A DNA stretch of 64,000 bases from Eledone cirrhosa (taxonomy: Eukaryota), in NCBI GenBank assembly GCA_964016885.1, contig OZ024740.1:266104001-266168000 (forward strand), written 5' to 3'. This document shows, in pieces, positions 1-12,120 of the stretch; the stretch's first letter is position 1, and every line of letters starts with the position of its first letter. The translations under genes were made by a program, and so were the position numbers. Under the pieces are notes generated by a model that worked only from the letters and a program-made list of their open reading frames with translations, was not told where the DNA came from and did not search any database.

Positions 1-104
1 GTGTGTATGTATGTATGTGTGTGTATGTATGTGTGTGTCTATATATGTATGTGTGTTTATGTAGGTATGCATGTATGTATGTATGCACGTATGTATGTAT
101 GTGT

Positions 105-635
105 AAACGGGCGGAAGAACTGATAAGAATCAACGGCCATCCAAAAATGTGTTAATATGTATATATATATATATATATATATGTATGCATGTGTATGTAT
201 GTATGTACACATATATATATATTTATGTGTGTATGTGTGTATGTGTGTATACATGTATGCATGTATGCATGTGCATGTATATGCGCGGGGACATAGAAAT
301 AATCGGGATGGATACCCTATCGCGTGGTTAAACCAGTGGGAGAGATGGACCCCTAACCTTTGTCAGAGCATTCTTCTAGGAGAAGGCAACTCAGGAAACT
401 GGGATAACTCCGACATAAAAACTGCGGCTCAGTAGTTACCAATGATGTTGATCCTTTTCTTCTTTTCGGGTTATAGCTACTGTCGCTCAGAGAGTGGGAT
501 TGGCTCAGTGCACAGTCTTTCCTCACTTTAAAAAAATCTTCACGCACAAGCATTGCACGATAGCATTAATTGATAATTCTTAATAGTGTTATAACGTGCA
601 ATGGCCATACTCAATAACGAGGGGGCAGTCATCAT
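105..635 (+). mobile_element. Non-autonomous RTE-derived element (5'UTR fused to 3' end, ORF deleted)
   Basis: 283-590 aligns with the leader at 1822-2125 and 595-635 with the 3' end at 6018-6058 of the full-length RTE. 105-150 matches 25722-25762 (minus). Internal microsatellite at about 150-282. Confidence 0.85.
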
Positions 636-1780
636 GTGTGTGTATGTATATATATATATATATATTAATTTTTTGTATTCTGAAACATCAAAATACAACA
701 ATTTGTTGGTTACTGGTCTCGGGAATGTCACGACAGAAGTTTGTGGAAGTTACACAAATATTTTAGTATATTTTAGCAGAGCAATCCTTATTTATATTTT
801 ACATTTACTTACATCTCAATATAACATGGCTAGAATTCAAATTTTGCTAAGAGAAGAAAACGGTCAAATGAACTAGATACATCTCACTGTCCACACCACC
901 ACAATAACGTCTACACTCTCTCCCCACCATCACATGTCATTACCATACCATACCCTATCGAGACTAAAGTCATCGACCTGTTGTCAAACTCTCTACTCTC
1001 TGATGAATGTATATATATATATGTGTGTGTATGTATATGTGTGTATATACATCACTCAGTCAAACAACCAGATTTCAACCCCAACATCTACAACAACAAC
1101 AACACCGGCCCTAATGTTTACAGCAACAACAGCTTCAGAATGAACTGAAATGAACATTTACAACAATTACAACAACAACAACAACAGCGGCATCAAAACA
1201 TAAAAAAAGGAAGGGAAAAGAAAAAAGAAAAGGGAAGGGGAAAAAAAAAAAAAAAAAAAAAAAAGGAGAAAAAAAAAAAGAAAGGAAAAAAAAAAAAAAA
1301 CTCAAAATAACAAAACACACACACACACACACACACACAACAGAACAACAACATCAACTGCCACCACCACCACCACCGCCACCGCCGTCGCCATCACCAT
1401 CACCAGCGACCTGGCCTTAAGAACAACTTTAATAATAATTTTTCTGCTTTTGGCACGGATCCAGCGACTGGCCAGCGCATCACTGGTACTCTCTTTTGTT
1501 GACTCCGTGGAGAGCCATAACTCTATGCTGTAAAGCAATTATAGTAATACTGGACTGTAATACGATCGGCTTCAACTATACAAACTCTTGAAAGTCAACA
1601 GTTGACATAATCTGGTAATCTTGTATCAGTAATGACGGTAATATATATATATATATGTGTGTGTGTGCGTGTAAGTGAGTAGAGTAGCGTGTGTGTGTGT
1701 TTGTTGTGTGTGTGAGTGTTGCTGTGTGCACGCATATGTATGCGTGTGTGTGTATGTCGTACGTATAAGTGTCAATAAGT

Positions 1781-1821
<41 letters not shown>

Positions 1822-1823
<2 letters not shown>

Positions 1824-2124
1824 GCGGGGACATAGAAATAATCGGGCTGGATGCCCGATCGCGCAGTTAAACCACTGGGAGTGAAGAACCCCTAGCCCAT
1901 GTCAGGGTATTCTTCTAGGAGAAGGCATCTCAGGAAACTGGGTTAACTCCGATATAAAACCTGCGGCTCAGTAGTTACCGATGATGTTGATCTTTTCTTC
2001 TTTTCGGGTTATAGCTACTGTCGCTCAGAGAGTGGGATTGGTTCAGTGCACAGTCTTTCCTCACTTTAAAAATATTCGTCACGCACAGGCATTGCACGAG
2101 TGCATTAATAATTATTAATAGTGT

Positions 2125-2159
<35 letters not shown>

Positions 2160-2168
2160 TATTATTAC

Positions 2169-2215
<47 letters not shown>

Positions 2216-4389
2216 CCCAATTCAATGATGTTCCAGAACAATGTAAACGAGATAATTGCCAATTTGGGTTCTGGAACAAAAAAGATCATTGGCAATAAGG
2301 GCAGGGGCCCCAAGTTATCACAACCTGGGCCCGCCCGTCATCGTGCCATTGTAATAGAGCCAAACAGGGCATTTAGTCTTGGCTGCTGGAACGTACGGAC
2401 GCTGCTTGACAGGGATTCTTTGGAGCGTCCTGAACGAAGGACCGCTCTTGTTGCGAAGGAGCTTCGACGTTACGATCTTGACATCGTGGCTTTGTCTGAG
2501 ACGAGGTTAGCTGGGGATGGTCATCTTACGGAATTTTGTGGAGAATATACATTCTTCTGGAAAGGAAGAGATGAAGGAACCAGAAGAGAGGCTGGGGTAG
2601 GATTTGCTGTTAAGACTGTACTGGTGAATAAATTGGAAGAATTCCCAGTGGGGATTAGTGAGCGTCTTATGTCCATGAGAGTTCCGCTGGACAAGGGAAG
2701 ATATGCTACCCTGGTGAGTGTGTATGCTCCAACTATGAATTCTGTCGATGAAGAAAAACTGTCCTTTTACCATGCCTTGAAAGGTGTTTTAAGAAATATC
2801 CCTCAGGCAGACAAAGTCATCGTGCTTGGTGACTTTAATGCTAGAGTGGGTAGGGATTTTAACACATGGAATGTAATCGGAAGGCATGGGGTGGGAAAGT
2901 GTAACAGCAATGGTATGCTCTTGCTGCAGATGTGTGAGGAGCTGGATCTGTGTGTTACCAACACCATGTTCCAACAAAAGAACAAATTCAAGACCACATG
3001 GATGCATCCTGCATCTAAGGAATGGCATCTTTTGGACTACGTCCTAGTCAGGATGCGTGACAGACAGGATGTGCGGTGTGTTCGTGTTCTTCGTGGAGCT
3101 GAGTGCTGGACGGACCACCGCCTGGTACGCGCAAAAGTGAATCTAATCACCAAACGTAAAATCCGGGCTCCTGGTGTTACCCTGCCCAAAAGATTGAATG
3201 CTGCTCGTCTTAAGGATAAAAATGTGAAGAGGACATTGGAAGAAGAGATGCAGGCTGCAGATCTTGGTGAGGATTGGCCGACCCTTAAAAAGTCGGTTTA
3301 TGATGTAGGCAGACGTGTTCTGGGATTGGTGCAGAGAAAACATCAGGACTGGTTTAATGAGAAAGATGTGCATATAGATGACTTGTTGGCTGATAAGAGG
3401 CGCGCTCTGTCACGCTACTTGACGGCAAGACCACAGGAGAGGAATACGTTGCATGAGGAGCTCAGGGATGTAAAATCACGTGTTAGGCGGAGTCTTTCTC
3501 AGATGAAGGATCAGTGGTGGAGTGAGAAGGCTGGTGAGATACAAACTGCGTCTGATTGCAATAACACAAAGCTGTTGTACAGTCTCTTGCGTGAGGTTTA
3601 TGGACCGTCTTCTTCTCTGGTGACACCGATTCGCAGCAAGGATGGCAAAGAACTTCTTCGTGACTCACAGGGAATTCTACGAAGGTGGCGGGAGCACTTT
3701 GATGATCTTTTGAATCAGCCGTCTGTCGTCAGTGAAGATTTCCTCAATCTCATTCCGGAAAGTCCTGTGAAAGTAGCTCTCGCAGAGCCTCCGACACTTG
3801 TGGAGGTTGCAGTGGCTATTTCGAAGCTGAACAGTGGAAGATCTCCAGGTATGGATGGCATACATGCTGAGCTCCTACAATATGGTGGTGAGAGACTCCT
3901 GCAACATCTTCACTCTCTGTTTGGAAGGATATGGGCTAATGAATCCGTGCCTGAGGACTGGAGAGATGCAGTAATGGTGGTCTTGTACAAGGGAAAGGGA
4001 AACAGGAATGATTGTGGGAACTACAGAGGTATATCGTTGCTTTCTGTCGTGGGGAAAGTTTTATGTAGGGTGCTTCTGGACCGTCTGCTGACACACATTG
4101 CAGATTGTGTCCTTCCTGAAAGTCAATCTGGTTTTCGTGTTGGACGCGGCACTACTGATATGATCTTCTCAGCTAGACAGCTCCAGGAGAAGTGCATTGA
4201 ACAGGGCTTGGATCTGTATCAGGTTTTTGTCGATCTGACAAAGGCTTTCGATACTGTCAACAGAGATGCATTATGGAAGGTTCTCCAGAAACTTGGTTGC
4301 CCTGATAAGTTCCTTGCTTTAGTTAGGTCTTTCCATGACGACATGAAGGCTTGGGTTAATGTCGGAGGTAACATGTCGGAGCCTATCTC

Positions 4390-4425
<36 letters not shown>

Positions 4426-5911
4426 AGTGAAACAGGGGGATATTCCAGCACCGACCCTGTTTGCCATATACTTTGCAATGGTTTTCTGTATTGCATTCAG
4501 GAATTGCGAGCATGGTGTTTACATCCGATATCGAACCTCAGGCAGCATATTTAACATCAGGCGCTTTGCTGCGAAGACAAAAGTATTTACATCAGTCATA
4601 AGAGACCTCTTGTATGCAGATGATTGCGATCTTGTAGCGCACACAGAGAGTGATATGCAGCACATTTTGAATGTATTTTCTGACGCTTGCACTGCCCTGG
4701 GTTTGACTGTCAGTCTCAAGAAAACCGTCGTCATGTACCAACCTGCACCTAGTAGGCAGTACACTGAACCAAACATCTATGTGTATGGCAAACGACTTGG
4801 AGTGGTTGATCAGTTTGTCTACCTGGGAAGCACTGTCAATCGATACGGCAACCTTGACAGTGAAATCTCACTTAGGATTAGGAAAGCAAGTGATGCTTTC
4901 GGAAAGCTAGAAAGGCGACTCTGGGGTCGGCGAGACATATGCAGGAGGACAAAGGTAAGGGTGTACAGGGCATGTGTACTCTCTTGTCTTCTTTATGCCT
5001 GCGAGACCTGGGTCACATATCGACGCCACCTTAAGCAATTGGAGCGTTTCCATCAGATGTGTCTCAGACGGATACATGGCGTTCGCTGGAGGGACCACAT
5101 CAGTGATGTCGAGATTTTGGAAAGCTCTATGTGTGACAGTATAGAAGCTCTTGTGCTTAAGCAGCGACTCCGTTGGAGTGGTCACCTTGCCAGGATGAAG
5201 GATTCTAGAATACCAAAACAACTCTTCTATGGAGAGTTGGTTAAAGGAAAACGACCGCCACATAAACCAAAAAAGAGGTATAAGGATTCCTTGAAGGCCT
5301 CTCTGAGAGACGCTAACATCTCTGCTGATACATGGGAAAATATTGCTGCTGATCGTAATAAATGGAGAAAGACTGTATATGAGGGAAAAGTTGCCTTTGA
5401 GGCATCTCGAATCGCACACGAGAAAGTAAAGCGGGACGTGAGGAAGGGTATTGCTGTTGCACTTCCAGACGGCGAGGGTCCTCCTATGTTTCTGACATGC
5501 AGCGTCTGTGCGAGACTCTGCCTAAGCAAAGCTGGACTCGAAAGTCATCTTCGCAGTCATAAAGTAAGACCAGTGGTTGACTACCAGGCTGCTGTTGGAG
5601 ATGCTACTCATCATGCTTGCCAAACATGTGGTAGAGAATGTAAATCAGCAGGAGGACTCAAGCGACATGCAAAAGTACACGAACTCCAACCACAGCCGAC
5701 TATTCCCAGTAAATGTTTTGGTTGCCGACTCTGTGCAAGACATTTTGGATCATTGGCTGGGCTAAAAAGCCACATTCGATCGCAGCACTGTTAGTTGCTA
5801 TCGTGTGTTTGTGTGTGTGTGTGTAGATATGCTTATGTGCGTGCGTGTGTGTATATATATATATATGAATATGTATATTATTATTGTTGTTGTCGTTATT
5901 ATTATTATTGC

Positions 5912-5984
<73 letters not shown>

Positions 5985-6058
5985 TTTTTTTTTTGTTTTT
6001 TTTTGTTTTTTTTTTATTGTGCAATGGCCATACTCGATAACGAGGGGGCAGCCATCAT
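1822..6058 (+). mobile_element. Full-length RTE-clade non-LTR retrotransposon
   Basis: Structured leader with CTAGGAGAAGGC motif, single APE-RT ORF, 3' end TGGCCATACTCGATAACGAGGGGGCAGCCATCAT followed by simple repeats. Confidence 0.9.
2225..5794 (+). CDS. RTE LINE protein: APE endonuclease, reverse transcriptase, three C2H2 zinc fingers
   Basis: WNVRTL, LSETR, YAPT, LGDFNAR and TDH (APE); NYRGISLL, FVDLTKAFD, GVKQG and LLYADD (RT); C-terminal CSVC, CQTC and CRLC fingers with HxxxH/HxxxxH; 1189 aa without stops. Confidence 0.95.
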
Positions 6059-7191
6059 ATATATATGTATGTATGTGTATGTATGTATGCATATATGTAT
6101 GTGTGTGTGTGCATGTATGTATGTATGCATGTATGTATATTCATGTGTACATACAAGCATGCCAAAATATGCATGGATTGTATATTTATATTTATGATTG
6201 TGCACCTGGTACGTATAATTGGATTTTTATTATTATAATTGTCATTATGATAGTGATGTTAATGATAATTATATTAATTATTACTATTTTTGTTGTTGTT
6301 GTTATTATTGTTGTTATGCAGACGTAGCAGGAAACAAAAACTAGCTACATACACACAAACCCGCACTTACATGCACACGCACAAACACACACATACATAA
6401 ACAATATTCCCCTCTTAATGACACGCCTAATCTTATTATATGGTTCCGAGTTCCATTCAAGTCGTTATTCTGTTTTGATAATTAGATAATTTGATATGTG
6501 GAGATAAATTCCAAAATATCCAAAATATAATAGCGGGATTAGCACTTTCTAGATGCAATACCTTCACATATTAATGAAACATATGTGAATGATATGAAAT
6601 AAATGCCTATGCCCTTCTACAGTGAACAGTGTATTCGTATAACTCATTGTCTACTTATAATTAATCCATGGATTATCGATTGCGCAACCTCCTAAAGATC
6701 TTCCTAAAAACACCTTCAAGCAGTAACCCATATGTTAAGTCAGAAACCACTCTATACTGAAACAGTCTTCGATCTACGTTACTCAGAAATAGTAAAGAAG
6801 AAAAGAAACAGTAGAAATGCTAAAGGGAATTTCTCTCAGAATAACCTCAAAATATTTATTTGCAAAATAGGAATTTCCGCATTATTTGTACCGGTTTCAG
6901 CTTTTAGGCTTTTTTCACACGACGGAAGTGTTTAATGCAATTAAAATAAGAACAATAAGAATATGGGAAAATAATTGTTTTTACATACATGTCTGTAGTT
7001 TTCTTTCTCTCTTAGTGTTGACCTTAGCTATGTCACCATTGATATATATATATATATAACCAAAAGTTAAAAATTTATCAATTAATTCAGTTTTACAATA
7101 GATTAGAAGCACACAACAGTGGGTTTTCTGGAGTTATTAATATTAATTCAAAATATTAATAAATATAGACATTCATGTAATCAAATATATT

Positions 7192-7252
7192 TTATTATAT
7201 ATATTTCGGAGGTACTGTGCTGTTTCCTCAGTACGTTCTCATCAGATAAAAT
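7192..7252 (-). ncRNA. Hammerhead ribozyme motif
   Basis: Reverse-complement copy of the core at 10770-10811. Confidence 0.65.
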
Positions 7253-8441
7253 ATATAAATTGATGTATGACATACCTCAACTGTGCTGATGGTTCAATTC
7301 CAGTCTCGGCAGTGATTAATTATAACAAAACTCAATATTTATATACCGTAAGTACTAACATGACAAACTAAATATAAGGGAGAGGATGAGTAGGAAAAAA
7401 TGTAGAAAAAAATAAATAAATAGATAAATAAAATACATAAACACATAAGTACATACATGTTAAATATTTAAATATTTAAATATGTAAATATCCATATTAG
7501 AGAAAAAAACAAATGAGAGAGAGCTAAATAGAGGAGAAAAGGAAAAGATAGAGAGAAGATAAAAACGAAGGGAGGGAGATAGAGATGGTAGAATATAACT
7601 ACATAAGGAAAGAAGAATAGAGGTACATGATGCGTGACCGTTTTTTTTTTTCAAATATTAAGTTAGGTAGAAACGATCAATTAAATACCGTGCAATTTTT
7701 ACTCTATTATATTTGATAGAAATTATATCAAAATTAAAACAATATAGAATAATATAAAATAATATAACATATTTTCAATGATAATCTGGAGCATAGTTAA
7801 ATTAGTAAATACATTCAATAATTTAGTTATGAAATTCAAAGTTATAAATATTATTAACTAACAATGATGCTTACAAATATAGTAAATATGATATTATTAA
7901 CTTAACTTACTTGGATATTAGCATCTATATATGCATTTTATATGTTTAGAAATATAAATATTATAAACAATATTATTTAAATCAATATTTTTCAATTACA
8001 GATAGGATTAATTATTAGTTATATTTACACTTGAGAGTATTATTATTTCGATTCAACCAAATCTTATTGTATTCAATACTATAAATCAAGTTAAATACAG
8101 ATTATTAATCAATTTGGATAAAACGAAACTTATACACGATAAATGTAAACACTATCTCCGTACGACGTATCTAACCGTTTAAATTAATTAAACGGTTTGA
8201 AAGCCTGAAGATATTACAGATCTCAAATTTATAAAATTCAAGATTTAAAAAGAGGATTCAAAATCGAACTAAAGGTATTTAATCAATCAAGAGATTATCA
8301 TACTCATTTAAAGAACAGGTATGCATTTCCTAAGGTGAGGTAAAACATTATACACAATATCAATAATAACAATAATAGCAATAATAGTAGCATTACAAGA
8401 ATTATTAATAAAAGTCAATATCTTTTCTCACTCAGTCAATG

Positions 8442-8957
8442 TTATTTCCTAATTTTATATGATGCTTGAAATGTTCTTGCAGATTTATGGAGGCAATTTG
8501 AGAATAACTCACTTTTTAAATTAATTAAATTACCATCATTAACAATTATTAATAGAGTCTCAATATTGCAAAGATTGCAGTTAGGTGAGATAGAATTATT
8601 CCGATATACTTCACAGTTTCGAAGTTTACTCCAAGAGATTAGTATTTTATATTTTTCTCTTTTAAAGACCATATTAATTGTGATAAAGGAGTAGAAAATT
8701 TCTTATCCGGATTAGAAAAAGAATGTTTATGATTGGAAAATCTCAGTTTAAAGTTCGATGAAGTTTCACCTATGTAGTTATAAGTAATATTATTATTTTC
8801 TTTAATGGTACATTTATATACTAAATTCTTATCAAGGCAGTTATTTTGCAAAGGGCATTCAGATTTTATTCTACAGTTACAGTTCGATTTCATGCTATTT
8901 CTATAATCTAAACTGTTCGCATTATCATTGTTTATATTTATAGGTGTTCTACTGTAA
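8442..8957 (-). pseudogene. PLE GIY-YIG endonuclease domain (left arm)
   Basis: CNCRIKSECPLQNNC..LVY..YIGET..FKLRF..H, then CNLC..E..N..SEL..C.H; one in-frame stop. Confidence 0.85.
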
Positions 8958-10005
8958 ATTATGTTAGTTTTTATTCCAATCATCCTAAATGTGTTAAAAA
9001 TAGTGTTCAACAACGTTTAACTAGATTATCTGCTAACAAATCCATTTTTAATAGTAAAGCTGGATATTATAATGAAGCGTTACATAAAGCAGGATATAAA
9101 AATAATATTGAATATATAGAAAATAATGATTGTAATTATAAACTAAATATTCATAATAATAGGAATAATATAAATAAAACAGACTGTAAAAATAAAAATA
9201 AAAATAATAAAAGTATAAATAAAAATACCAATTTCGAGAATAAATCGGGGAAAAAAATTAGAACTAGATCTATTATTTGGTATGCCCCACCAGCATCTTT
9301 AGCTATTAAAACACCTTTAGCACAATTATTTTTTAAAGCATTAGATAAATGTTTCCCTAGAACACATAAATATTACTCTATCTTCAATAGACACACAGTT
9401 AAACTATCTTACTCAAAAACTATGAATATGGCTTTAAATATTGCAAAAATAAATAGCAGAATTTTTAGTTATAACTAACATATAATTAGCGATAATGACA
9501 ATATTAATAATAATGATACTATAGTTATTGAGAATAACAATAACATTAATTTATGCACTTACAGTAGAACACCTACAAATATTAACAATGATAATGCGAA
9601 CAGTTTAGATTATAGAAATAGCATGAAATCGAACTGTAACTGTAGAATAAGATCTGATTGCCCTTTGCAAAATAACTGCCTTCATAAGAATTTAGTATAT
9701 AAATGTACCATTAAAGCAAATAATAATATTACTTATAACTACATAGGTGCAACTTCATCAAACTTTAAACTGAGATTTTCCAAACATAAACATTCTTTTT
9801 CTAATCCGGATAAGAAATTTCTACTTCTTTATCACAATTAATATGGTCTTTAAAAGAGAAAAGTATAAAATACTCAATCTCTTGGAGTAAACTTCGAAAC
9901 TGTGAAGTATATCGGAATAATTCCATCTCACCTAACTGAAATCAGTGCAATATTGAGACTCTATTAATAATTGCTAATTATGGTAATTTAATTAATAAAA
10001 AAAGT
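8958..10005 (+). pseudogene. PLE RT thumb, linker and GIY-YIG (right arm), disrupted
   Basis: YVSFYSNHP...RLTRLS; IIWYAPP; CNCRIRSDCPL...YIGATSS; stops and a frameshift. Confidence 0.85.
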
Positions 10006-10761
10006 AATTGACAAATATTGATTTAAATAGTATTGTTTATAATATTTATATTTCTAAACATATAAAATGCATATACAGATGTTAATATCCAAGTAAGTTA
10101 AGTTAATAATATCATATTTACTATATTTGTAAGCATCATTGTTAGTTAATAATATTTATAACTTTGAATTTCATAACTAAATTATTGAATGTATTTACTA
10201 ATTTAACTATGCTCCAGATTATCATTGAAAATATGTTATATTATTTTATATTATTCTATATTGTTTTAATTTTGATATAATTTCTATCAAATATAATAGA
10301 GTAAAAATTGCACGGTATTTAATTGATCGTTTCTACCTAACTTAATATTTGAAAAAAAACGGTCACGCATCATGTACCGCTATTCTTCTTTACTTATGTA
10401 GTTATATTCTACCATCTCTATCTCCCTCCCTTCGTTTTTATCTTCTCTCTATCTTTTCCTTTTCTTCTCTATTTAGCTCTCTCTCATTTGCTTTTTTCTC
10501 TAATACGGATATTTACATATTTAAATATTTAAATATTTAAATATTTAAATATTTAACATGTATGTACTTATGTGTTTATGTATTTTATTTATCTATTTAT
10601 TTATTTTTTTCTACACTTTCTCCTACTCACCCTCTCCCTTATATTTAGTTTGTCATGTTAGTACTTACGGTATATAAATATTGAGTTTTGTTATAATTAA
10701 TCACTGCCAAGACTGGAATTGACCATCAGCACAGTTGAGGTATGTCATACATCAATTTATA

Positions 10762-10825
10762 TATTTTATCTGATGAGGACGTACTGAGGAAACAGCACAG
10801 TACCTCCGAAATATATATAGTAAAA
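10762..10825 (+). ncRNA. Hammerhead ribozyme motif in PLE 3'UTR
   Basis: CTGATGA-ggacgtactg..cagtacctcc-GAAA-tatata-TA; minimal palindromic stem III as in PLE hammerheads. Confidence 0.75.
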
Positions 10826-10907
10826 TATATTTGATTACATGAATGTCTATATTTATTAATATTTCGAATTAATATTTCGAATTAATATTTCGAATTAATA
10901 TTTCGAA

Positions 10908-10940
<33 letters not shown>

Positions 10941-10942
<2 letters not shown>

Positions 10943-11563
10943 CACCACATACTCCACTACAGCAATGAAGAGGCGGATCTTCAGGTCTTTACGAATGTCC
11001 GACTGCCACACCGATCTCAAGCTGTGGCACGCTGCCCAGGCTTTGCTCTTCCTCTCAGCCACATCATCTTCCGTATTCCCAATCTTTGCTCCCAAATACA
11101 GGAAGTCCTCAACCAACTCTAGCGGCTTCCCGCCTACATTAGTAATCCTCTCTGGCTTCTCAACATTCTCTACCAGATATTTTGCCCTAATCTCATTCAT
11201 TCTCAGCCCGAAACTCATCGACACAGTCTCAACCTCCTGCATCAAATCCTCTGTGTCCTTCACTGTGTTTGTCAACAAAACTATGTCGTCGGCAAATTCA
11301 GCATCCGATAGCTCAAAAGTGATACAGAGGAGACTGAGGTTAGCTGGACATGCGCACCGGCATCCAGAGTTGACAATGCACTCAGTGCCCCTGTGGGATC
11401 CCCTGCATGGACACACTGGAAGAGGAATACCGAGGTTAACATATGTTTATGCCCTAAGGACAGACACTGGTCTGTTGGAGACGCAGGACATGGCAGCGAT
11501 AATGAGGGACAGAGACCGCTGGAGAGAACTCGTCCATGGATCTCGGGAATTTTAACCGCCCTA
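10941..11563. mobile_element. RTE-type LINE 3' fragment with inverted 5' part
   Basis: Minus 10941-11310 encodes AEFADDIVLL..FLYLG..KIRLF; plus 11305-11555 encodes RRLRLAGH..DRDRWR. Confidence 0.85.
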
Positions 11564-11736
11564 GATATATATATATAACAAAGGAATTATGGTAAGGAAC
11601 CAGATGGACCATAACACACCAGAGTACTCAATACTTAGGGTAGTAGAGTGGGAAATAGAAAAAAGTATGACCCCGACGGCACAGTTCAAGCCGTTTCGAC
11701 GGCTATTTCTGGACTAAATTAGAATGTTTAGCCTGG

Positions 11737-11799
<63 letters not shown>

Positions 11800-11803
<4 letters not shown>

Positions 11804-12039
11804 GTTAGAATATGTGTAATAAGGCCAAGACAATGCAGATATGGACATAGAAAAAGAATGCAATAGTGAGAGATATTGATGTGAATTCGTCTTTCACCTT
11901 GAATTTATTTAAATGTCCTAGGACATTTAAATAAATTCAAGGTGAAAGACGAATTCACATCAATATCTCTCACTATTGCATTCTTTTTCTATGTCCATAT
12001 CTGCATTGCCTTGGCCTTATTACACATATTCTAACGTTT
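11800..12039. repeat. Spacerless fold-back palindrome, about 120-bp arms
   Basis: Symmetric about CCTAGG at 11917-11922; about 40-nt extra tail on the right, then (TA)n. Confidence 0.9.
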
Positions 12040-12080
12040 ATACCTCATTACACAATGCTTCAAGTGAACTATAACCTCCT

Positions 12081-12116
<36 letters not shown>

Positions 12117-12120
<4 letters not shown>

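Larger units (their letters stand above)
7058..10912. mobile_element. Naiad-like Penelope-like element, 5'-truncated fold-back insertion in (TA)n
   Basis: About 7136-8957 is the reverse complement of 9559-10873 (right arm lacks about 0.5 kb). The spacer 8958-9558 encodes SNHP...IIWYAPP...FNRHTVKLSYS. (TA)n on both sides. Confidence 0.9.

Noticed and set aside
4907-5529. Antisense ORFs over the RTE and Tx1 coding regions
   Set aside because: Shadow frames of real ORFs with no motifs.
1822-6058. Group II intron interpretation of the looped-out ORF
   Set aside because: No recognisable domain V or intron boundary motifs, and the protein is an APE-type RTE. The analogy is architectural only.
9937-9939. 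TGA at a conserved Cys of the GIY-YIG CxxC, possible selenocysteine
   Set aside because: The mirror arm has TGC, the other Naiad-like copies have Cys, and this arm carries other lesions, so a point mutation is more likely.
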